Assembly (NCBI RefSeq): GCF_009914755.1
Contig: NC_060932.1
DNA from: the human T2T-CHM13v2.0 reference genome, Homo sapiens
DNA: 64,000 nt
Reading direction: 5' to 3' (one strand)
Position numbers and translations under genes: made by a program. Shown here piece after piece: positions 55,071 through 64,000 of this stretch. The notes beneath the pieces were generated by a model. That model did no database searches and was not told where the DNA came from. It saw only the letters and a program-made list of their open reading frames with translations. Numbering within the stretch: the stretch's first letter is position 1; each line of letters begins with the position of its first letter.

Positions 55071-57759
55071 TTATGTGTTGGGTTGGGTTGGGGAACCTAC
55101 CAAAACAGTGGGAGAGTCTTGCCCTTTTTCTAAGATCATCAGTGGGCATTTTCAGCTTCCCCATTATGGTAGTAGCTGCAAGGAGTGTTCAGTCTCCAGT
55201 GAAAGAAATATTAAGATTTATTCCCCCAATTTCCCCTCCCCAGAGAGTAGCTACAGACACACTGTGTAAGACCAAATAGGAAAAGTCTGCCACAGGGGAC
55301 ACAGTAGGTACTTGAATACTTGTGGGCAGTCTAACCAGCTACAAACCTCTTGTTGCCGTACTTGCAAGTCCTAATACAGTACTGTAGTTATTATAATTCC
55401 ATCATTCTGAAATTAGAAAGATGGTCATGGAGAAACTGTTCTAAGAACGCCATTCACCCATGAATGTGACTTTATTAGAGGTTTTTTTTTTTAGGTTAAG
55501 GACTATGTATTCTTTCAATTTCTCTAAAGTGCTTAGCACACACTCTGCCCATGGTAAGTGTTAAATAAACTTTCTGATAAACCAATGATTGGGTAGCATG
55601 ATGAAACTTTTCCTATCCTGCTTTTTGAGATTAAGAAATCTTTTAAAAATATTACAGAAACTGCACTTTATCCTGACTTACAGCCTTAATGTTTGAAGTA
55701 GCAGTGTATAAAATTCACACCCAGTTATAGACTGAGTAATTATGGTTGCTATGGTAATGGGCTCTGTGCCTATGAGCAAAAAAAAAAAATTCCTTTTGTG
55801 CAAGATATTTATGACTGTGCCTGGCTACATGGCAATAGTATTTTCCTTTGGTTTTTTATTACAGTAACTTATGCATTTAGGCAGATGATCCTTTATATAT
55901 GTAAACGCTATAAATTCTTAGGAAGAAAATAAATTTATTAAGTTTTTCACATCAAAAATTTCTAGTATGATTATGAGTTCAATTTTCAAGTGAAAGTAAT
56001 TCTTAAAGGATTTAATTTCAAATAAGAACTACGTACAAAATATAGATTTAAGTTAATTTTCACTGTATGAAATGTACAGTATACATAGACCAACTCCTTT
56101 AACAAGAATTTCTGGTATGTCTTAAAGGGCATGGGTGGTTAGAGGGAGATCCCCAAACAAACAATTCAAAATTAAGAGTTTAAAAAGCAACAATCAAGAC
56201 ACATATCCTCCTAAGTGAATTTGAATTAGACACTGGAAAATTTAAAAAGGTCAGTTACTATGAAGAAGGTGTAACAATATTTATATTAATCAGACAGCAA
56301 AGTAACAAACTGACTTAGAGGAAGGAAAATAGTAAAATACAAAAGACTAAGTTAGCAGATCATTTTGATATCCAGATGTGCTGAAATGATGGACACTGAG
56401 AAGAAAGAATAGACAAAACTTGGCAACAGATCTTGGTATGAAATAAATATCCCATGAGTAGTACATAAAAGCCTGGAGAGAGAGGGGAAGGATTGTAAGT
56501 GTCATAGTTCTGACAGCTGCTCTTTCATCCTATGCCTTTAAAACATAAGGGAACAAAGAAGGGAACAAAGAAGGTAGAAGCGGGGGTATGGAGGGTTGAC
56601 TTCTGGCTGTCCCTCCCTGTTTCCCTTTGTTAATATATTGCTAGTAGACATGTCTACTTCTGGTTGCTGATGACATAAAATTCACCTCTATTTCTTGGAA
56701 GCACTATTCCATGTTGTGAGCTAAAGGGGATTGTACTGATCTTGAAGATAACAAATCTGTCTGCTTCAAAGGTTTCACCGATTTTATTGCTGTATTTCCA
56801 ACACATTTCCACATATGGTATGATATTTAATTTGCAAAATAAATCCGTAAAGCAGGAATTACTAACCTAATTTTGCAGATGAGAAAACTGAGGCTTAAAG
56901 TTGTTCAAGGTCAAAGTCACGATGTCCATCATGCTGTAGCTCAATGAATGAGTCTCACATTGTTTCATGTTGTTTTATTTCTACTTTCTCAATCCATGTA
57001 CAAGATAGATTTACAAACTACTGTTTTATGTTGGTTGTATGAATTTCAATACATTTACTGTTAGAAATAACAAAAGGTCTTAGACTGCCAGATGCTGTTC
57101 CCATCAACTCTACTTAATTCATAATATAGCTGAACTCTGTCATAAATCTAATAACGATGTGGACATTAGCCAGAAGTATGATGTGGCTGAACCTCACCAC
57201 TGAACACAAAATGAGAATTCACCTCATCTTTTCATTTGAATTTATTTCTACTAAAATATATGTATTATTTTTCTTGATTTCTAACCAGGCCCCTTCTGAA
57301 GAAAACTGGTTAACTCTAAATTGTTACTAAATTTTGAATCTTCCTGTATTTAGCAATAAAAGTTACTGCTAATTGTAATAACAATTATGAGGAAAAATTT
57401 ATTTAAATGCTTCATAGAAAGTTAATTTTCATTTAATAGAAAAGAAATAAAAAATCTGCTTCAGACTGTTTGATTTCTCTATTAGGCAATTGACCCTAAC
57501 TAGTATATGGTGATTTTGAGTATTAAAAAAGAAGTTATAATTTTCCAGAATATTAATGTTTATTATTTTGAAAGCAAGTAAAATTCTCCAGTAGGAAGAT
57601 TAATAAAACAATTCATTAAAATTCTCATCAGAAAATCCTATGCTTTCAAATGTATCTGCTCAAAGATGTCACTCTATGTGCGGCAAAGCTTTGTTTTACT
57701 TGATCAAGAAATGAATGTGACTTTATGATCTTGTATTCAACTGTGAACAGCTGCTCATT

Positions 57760-57776
57760 AATAAAAAGCCATTAAA
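57760..57776 (+). terminator. PKHD1L1: Candidate distal poly(A) signals (AATAAA and ATTAAA) of a long PKHD1L1 3' UTR
   Basis: AATAAA 57760-57765 and ATTAAA 57771-57776, upstream TGTA at 57732, downstream GT-rich TTGTGTTTG at about 57804; more AATAAA at 57355, 57446, 57602. Confidence 0.55.
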
Positions 57777-58619
57777 GTCCAAGTCAGAACAGCAGGTCTA
57801 AAATTGTGTTTGAGGGAAAAAAAACCCACCCTTTGATGAAAAGCCAGGGAACTGGGTTGGGAAAGATCTGGAAGCAGAGGGCTGTGTTTGCAGTCTGCTC
57901 CTACCTCCTGGGCCAGGTCAGGTGACAAGGCCAGAGTTAGCCCCAGCTGGAGAAGTCAGAACAAAGCCTATGTAGGCTTTGAAAGGGGAGAGTAAGTGGT
58001 GGGCTGGAGGTTGATAGTGTGAATAAATCAAGCTGGTAATTGGGCAGAGGCTGATCAGAAGCGTTAAAGTGAGCAAAATGGTTTGGACACAGAGCAGACA
58101 GAATTTACTATATTCCATTGAGTAAAAGAAATTCATATGCCAGGTTCTATCCCTTATGTTCCTCCCATTTGACATTTGGTGGTTTCCTACCCCCGTCCCA
58201 CACAAGCTTTGGGGAGAGGACAGGACTTAAAGTTCCCTGTTCCCAAGAGGTGGTCCCTAAACCCAATCCCAAATTATTGACTTGTGATCCCAATTATGGG
58301 CTTACTATTTAACAAGTAAAGATGATTTTAAAATATTATTTTATAGGTATTACTAAAGTAAATTTTAAATTTGCAGTCTTTAGCGAGCTTTGTTTTCTGT
58401 TTTGCTATTGTGTTGGGAAACAAGTACTCAGTAACTAGCTGTTTCTGGAAAAGTATATACATTTCGTTTTGTTTCATTTGGAAATGGCAAATTTAATAAA
58501 GAAAACTGAAGAATCAGGAAAAAGAAGAAAATATCCTTGGGCATAATAAATTGTCTAAAGCAATCAACTCTTTAAGAAAAAAAATTTAAACACGTTTATA
58601 TCCGAATATAGGTTATTTT

Positions 58620-58622
<3 letters not shown>

Positions 58623-58655
<33 letters not shown>

Positions 58656-58935
58656 AGTCAGGGTCCTGCTCTGTCTCCCAGGCTGGAGTGCAGGGCCCAA
58701 TCATGGCTCACTGTAGTCTCGACCTCCCAGGCTCAGGTAATTCTTCCCACCTCAGCCTTCTGAGTAGCTGGGACTACAGGCATGCGCCACCAAACCTGGC
58801 TAATTTTTAAATTATTTGTAGAAACGGAGTTTCGCCCGTTGCCTGGGCTGGTCTTAAATTCCTGGGCTCAAGCGTTCCTCCTGCCTCGGCCTCCCAAAGT
58901 GCTGAGATTACAGGCATGAGTTACCGTGCCCAGCT
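58623..58935 (-). mobile_element. AluJ-like with long poly-T
   Basis: atcatggctcactgtagtctcgacctcccaggctcagg...cctgggctcaagcg. Confidence 0.9.
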
Positions 58936-59139
58936 AGATAACTCGATTTTTTAAATCCAAAAAAAATTTAGAAATTTTATATTGAAATTTAGGCATTAGA
59001 ATTCTAGAGATTAAAGTTAGAGCAGGTGTTTAAGGGACTGAAAGGGGTTGCATGGCCTTTGGGAAATGCAATTACCGGAAATGATACTGTAGTAATGCAA
59101 TAGTAATGCAGTAGTAGTAGTAGCTGCAGCAACAACTGT

Positions 59140-59320
59140 TATCTATGAATGTTTGCTATGTGCCAGGCTCTGTGCTAAGAGAGCTTTGCAAGCATTACTA
59201 CTGCATGAAGTAGGCACTATTATGGCCATTTTACTGATGAGGAAATTGAGGTGAACAGATTAAATAATTTTACCCAACTTTACACAGAACCATTCCAGAG
59301 CACGAGCCATAAACACATCT
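59140..59320 (-). mobile_element. MIR fragment
   Basis: ctatgtgccaggctctgtgctaag...cattttactgatgaggaaattgagg. Confidence 0.65.
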
Positions 59321-60379
59321 TTCCCGTCTTGGAAATTAAATTATTAATAAAAAACGTGGTGCAAATTGGAAAGAGGACGGTTGTGGTAGATTATCACAAA
59401 GTTAAGTGGGTAGGTGGTTGCTGGGTCAGGGTGGGAGAACAAAGGCAGCTGTAATAAAAAAAAAAATTAAAGGCATATAAAGAAAAAGGCTGGTTGAGAA
59501 CAATTTGCATAAACTGATTTTGGCCTTAGACCCTATTCACTTCTCCCTCACCAGTCACTTTGCAACTGTGGAGCATAGTATTCTGAGGGTCCCCTGCACA
59601 TAACAACCCCTTTCATAGCATACAAGATAAAAAGAAGAATCAGGCTGCAAAGAGAGAAGCACTGAAGGAAAGAACATCTCAGGTTGAAAGAAGGGCAAGT
59701 CCAGGGTGCATGTGAGGAACAAATGCATGGACACGGTGAAGTGCCACTTCTTCATTTCTAGTTCAACACAATTCAATTAAAAATTACTGGGAGGAGGCTA
59801 CGTCTTGAATTAAACTCAGCATTCCACATCTTTGAGGTGGCGGAATGACTGAGGGGAGGGGGTCTGTCTAGCCACATCCAAATCTTCCTGAGACAGAGGG
59901 AGATCCCTCATTTGTTGCAGTGTATTTTCCTTGGTCGCATCTGACACAGGGGTTCTGTGGGTTGAACAGAAAGGGACTTTGCTGGAGGGGAGGCACTCTG
60001 CATAGAAGGAAAGTAGGGACATCTGGCAGAAGCAGGCGCTCCGAGAATAAACAGTCAAAGCAGCTCGCAATAGTCCCAAAAAGCTACCCCTCACCGAACC
60101 TGGCGTGCCTGTCGCCGCTTGCCCCGCTCCCAGGGCTCATTGGCTCCCAGTCTCGACGTCAGACCCGTAGCCTCTCACCTATTGGGCCAGCCAGGACCTG
60201 AGGCGGAGTGCAGAAGCGAGGGCCTGGAGACAGCCGAGAGCCGCCTTCAAGGAGGGCTGGGGGCGGGGCTAGAGGAGGGGCTGGGGGCGGGTTTCCCGAT
60301 GAAGGGGCGGCCATGGCAGCTGCGCAGAGGCAACGCAGGCTGCTACGGAGCGCGCGCCCGGCTTTGAATGAGCGGGGCT

Positions 60380-60506
60380 GGGAGTGAGCGGGCGGAGCGC
60401 GAGCTCGAGGAAGAGACAGGCAGCGCGCGTGAGCGCGCCTTGTGTGCGCGCGCGGCCCGCGGCAGCTCGGAGCCTCCGCCGGGCGGGCGGGGAGGGGGAG
60501 GGGCAG
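60380..60506 (+). other. EBAG9: Candidate EBAG9 non-coding first exon 1a (start approximate)
   Basis: Consensus donor CAG|GTGAGT at 60506/60507 downstream of GC and CCAAT boxes. Confidence 0.7.
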
Positions 60507-60710
60507 GTGAGTGTGTGCGGTTCGCGCGTGCCTGGGAGGGGCTTTCCTCTCCCTACCCCCATCCCGACCCCAGCCCTAGCCTCTGGGGCATTGTCTGCCC
60601 TTCGCCGTCGGCCCTCCGCCTAGCCGCGCACTTCCCGCCCTCCCACCTTCCTTTCGCCCTTCCACCAGACCTCCCTCGACGCCCGACAGCTGCTCTGGGT
60701 ACTGTTTCCG

Positions 60711-60723
60711 GGTCAGGGTGACC
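60711..60723. promoter_or_regulatory. EBAG9: Perfect palindromic estrogen response element GGTCAgggTGACC
   Basis: Exact consensus GGTCAnnnTGACC inside the CpG island; EBAG9 is named for an estrogen-receptor-binding fragment. Confidence 0.92.
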
Positions 60724-60769
60724 TCTGGGGTGAGGAAACTGCGACTGGGAGCGGGACCCAGGCGTGCAG

Positions 60770-61048
60770 CATTCGCCATGCTCCGCTCACGCGTGGGAGA
60801 CTGGGCTGTGGGGTACCGGCCCGGAAAGCACGCAGCCTCCAAAGCCGCCTTCCTCAGGGAAATTTGCGTGACCTTACTGCCCTCCGTCTACAGGCCTTGT
60901 ACCTCTCCAGGCCGATTTTTCCACAATTTAAATCCCAGTTCACCTGGTATCCAGCTCCAGCAACTTAGAGCGTTTCACGTCACGCCGGGCGCCAGGCGTC
61001 GGCTTGTATAACCTGAAAACGCTCCTGTTTTTCTCATCTGTGCAGTGG
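60770..61048 (+). other. EBAG9: Candidate alternative EBAG9 first exon 1b downstream of the ERE (start approximate)
   Basis: Donor-like TGG|GTATGA at 61048/61049 at the 3' edge of the CpG island; transcription start cannot be read from sequence. Confidence 0.5.
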
Positions 61049-61959
61049 GTATGATTTTTTTTTCATCAACAAATTTCACGTGGGTAATCTGAAATGAAAC
61101 CACTTAAGTTATGAAACTCTTTCCTTTTGAGTTATTCTGGAGACCTTACTCCGCCTTCGGAACCGCCCCAGTGGTGTCACATACTTGAGGGCCTGACTCT
61201 CGGTTGCCAGACATGGCACAGAATGTTCGATTTTACTACCAGCTCTCACACTCCGCTTCTGTTTCCCCTTCTCTTACGGGCCGCTGCTCAAACCTTTATT
61301 TATCAAATTTAAGTGAGTTCAGGTAAATTTTATTTTGGGAGCTTTGTAATATTTTCTAACCCACTTCAGAGAGTTATAGTTTGAGGATATTCTGGACTGT
61401 ACTAGATCATATGGTTTTCAAATTTTGGTATGAAAAGATTCGTAAATAGAGTTTTAGAAATACAGCACCTGTTTAGTATGTACCGAACATAGATTTTGGC
61501 TTTGCTTGTTTTGTGAATTGTGATGTATTGAGGCTACTTGAAAGGACCTCTAGCAGTTTACCGAGAATTTCAACAAGAAAAGATATAATACATTTGATCT
61601 ATCAGTTTCTAATGTAGCATTCTTTTTTTAATTGTATTTTTTTTCCGTTAACATGGCAGAGCTCTCATTCTTGATTTCCTAGAGTTGTCATTTCTTCAAA
61701 AAGCCTTAATGAGGATACATTGCCTCATAGTTTTGAATCTCATTCTGATATACCTCAAATTTTTGTCTTTGTAATTTTTAAGGAAATTTAATGTTAAGAT
61801 TAGATTATATTAACATTGTTCCGTTCTAGAAAGTGTTTTAAAGCAACTAAAGTGTAAAGTAGCGTAAGATACTTATCAAATTGGTGATCTAGAGGGCATT
61901 TCAAAAATCGCACTGAGGCAATGTGCACACAATTAAAAGGTTTCTTAAGTAGGATATGA

Positions 61960-62245
61960 TGTAGGGAGAGCCTTGGGCTTTCGGGTCAGTCCCTTTAAAT
62001 CCTGGGTAAGTGAATCTAAGTCTGTCAACCTCATCTATTAAACGGGAGTAGTGAAAAACCTACCTCTTTTGGTTGTCCTTAGGATTCCAGTGAGGTGATC
62101 GAACATTGTCTTGAGCGTTCAAGTGCTCAAGGAATGTTAGTTTCCTTCCATTCAACAAATATTTGAGTACCTACTATGTGCCCGGCTTTGACTGAGACCT
62201 ATAAATACCAGAATGAGCAAGACTGATGGACGTCCTGCCTCCTTA
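61960..62245. mobile_element. MIR followed by an antisense L2 3' end
   Basis: cctcatctattaaacgggagta...; cattcaacaaatatttgagtacctactatgtgcc. Confidence 0.55.
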
Positions 62246-63718
62246 GTTTCTTGCATTCCTCAGGGATAAGTTTATGGGCAAGCTCATGACAACTGGGAGT
62301 GAACGCAGAGTTTCCCCATGCGGAGTTGGTAGTATTTCCCAGCTTCCAAATCCAAAGTAGCGACTGAAACATAGTAGGTGCTAATATATATTCATTTAGA
62401 TGAATAGGGACATTAAGTAAATACAGGTCTCAAAGGATATTCCTGCCTGCCAGTCAGTGTGATTGATAAAATCAAAGTGTGGCTTGATCGCATTTTCCCT
62501 ATTTTAGTGCAACTGGTTGGAAAATTTATCTTGGAAGTGGTAGTATCACTGAATTATTAAGAATGTTCCTTGTTCATGAGATGTTCTTGGCTTTTGAATT
62601 AAATATACCTAGGTTTGAATGGAGTCACTGGATGTGCTTACTCTGTGTTTAATTCAATGAAACAAGGACAATAGTATCTATGTCATAAGATGGCTTTTTG
62701 AGTTGTGTGTTAACATTTTGATAGTGCATGGTTCATAGTAGACAGTCAATGAGTATCAGTTCTCCTCTTTTATTAATCACAAAAGGAAGTTTTCTGCAGA
62801 ATGAGGATATTCTTGATTGCTAGGGAGAGAATTCTATTCTGTAATCACTAAAAGACCCAGTTTCTATTTTTTATTGGGAAAAAAAAAACAACCTTTAAAT
62901 TTTACCTCCAGTTAGCATTGAAGTTATTCAAGTTGGCAAATATTTATAAAACAATGACACTAACAATATTTGGAAAGGTGATGGCTGTGGTTACTAGGGC
63001 AGTTTATGAAATTTATTCTCAACTTTTATTCATGTATATCCTAAAACTGACAGTCCCAAATGGTAAATATCATTTTTCTTCACAACATACTGATAGAGTA
63101 TCTCCTTGATTCTATTTCCTTCCCTGCCAAGTACCACACGTTCTGTAGTCTCTTTTCTGGCTCTTTTTTCTTATAATTTTTCAGAAAATTTAGGCTAATT
63201 TTCATTTGAGAAAGTTTTCTTTTGATTGAGAGTTTTGTTCTTGACAAATCAGCTTTAAATGAAGTGATTGTTCACCATCATAATTTTTCAGATCATTCTA
63301 CTCATAATGAAGCAATCAAACTTTTTTTTCAAGTCTTACTTTGCAAATGGTAACTGAAGGTACCAAATGAATAAAATACTCTAGAGAAGGGTTGTACAGG
63401 GCAAAGTAAGGTATAGAAATAACCATAATACAAAATAAAAAATGTTGTTTCTTGGGAAGAGTAAAATACTAGAATTAAGAAGACTTTACAGTACTCCAGC
63501 AAGAGGTAGTAAAGGCTTATGCTAGATAGATTACAGTGGAAATAGGAAAGAATATGGGCAGTACTGGGAAATTGAATAGGGTCTTTTTGGCAATTAGGTG
63601 TAAGGAGAAAGAAAGGAGGAGTCAGCATTGTTGCATGATTTGAACTTGAGTAAACCACTGGTTGGGATGTTTTTGACAGAAGTATTTAAATAACTCGAGT
63701 ACAATTTTTAATATTCTG

Positions 63719-63721
<3 letters not shown>

Positions 63722-63752
<31 letters not shown>
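63722..63752. repeat. Poly-T tract (about 30 nt)
   Basis: Direct reading. Confidence 0.9.
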
Positions 63753-63756
<4 letters not shown>

Positions 63757-64000
63757 GTCACTGTTCTTTTCATCCTGTCAATTAGTAGGCCACTTCCAGG
63801 TTAGGCATTCAGTAAATCTTTCAGCTTATATGGAGAGACAGCCTCCATATGTACAAAACTACTTGAGTATTGCTAAGGTAACATTTTAGAGCCCTGTCTT
63901 TGTACCTTAATAGCCTACAAGCCCCTTCTGACCCTAGAAATAGAAAAGACTAGTGTGCGTTTTGCCTTTCCTTAGAAGAAATTGGCAATGATGCCTTTAC

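Larger units (their letters stand above)
60030..61030 (+). promoter_or_regulatory. EBAG9: CpG-island promoter of EBAG9 (RCAS1)
   Basis: Abrupt GC- and CpG-rich block; GC boxes (60260-60269 and about 60283-60291), inverted CCAAT (60139, 60181), CRE-like GACGTCA (60155-60161), perfect ERE. Gene assignment rests on the known PKHD1L1-EBAG9 order at 8q23; the EBAG9 CDS is outside the window. Confidence 0.88.

Noticed and set aside
56547-56575. 12-bp tandem duplication AAGGGAACAAAG
   Set aside because: Ordinary slippage duplication, like other short ones near 5907 and 15447.
57915-57927. AGGTCAggTGACA as a second ERE
   Set aside because: The spacer is 2 nt rather than 3 and the second half-site is imperfect.
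59423-59436. GGGTCAgggTGGGA resembling the EBAG9 ERE
   Set aside because: Three mismatches in the second half-site, so a half-site only.
59816-60842. Several overlapping 80-117 aa ORFs on both strands
   Set aside because: Expected in a GC-rich CpG island and no recognisable protein. The ATG at 60368 cannot be evaluated without the transcription start or EBAG9 exon 2, which is outside the window.

Overview
This is human genomic DNA, shown by primate Alu/L1PA elements and a near-consensus AluYb8. The window holds the last 25 coding exons of PKHD1L1 (fibrocystin-L) on the + strand. I traced them by splice sites and reading frame from 93 to the stop at 50665: 3643 coding nt, about 1213 aa, ending ...LNITLRSY. 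They are exons 54-78 if the 78-exon, 4243-aa model I recall is right. The 3' UTR has proximal (50883) and distal (57760) poly(A) signals. It is followed by a CpG-island promoter with a perfect estrogen response element and two candidate non-coding first exons, which I assign to EBAG9. The introns carry ordinary Alu, L1, L2, MIR, MaLR, ERVL and hAT repeats. Almost all short ORFs in the track are chance frames or exon read-throughs. I see no prokaryotic-type or wholly new biological system. The best leads are gene-level: an in-frame-skippable membrane-anchor exon, an atypical and possibly GPI-like C-terminus, a furin site, a GC-AG intron on a weak symmetric exon, a recursive-splice-like site, a very young AluYb8 next to an exon, tandem poly(A) sites, and a TTAGTCAT motif array. 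Repeat subfamily calls and boundaries were made by eye and are approximate.
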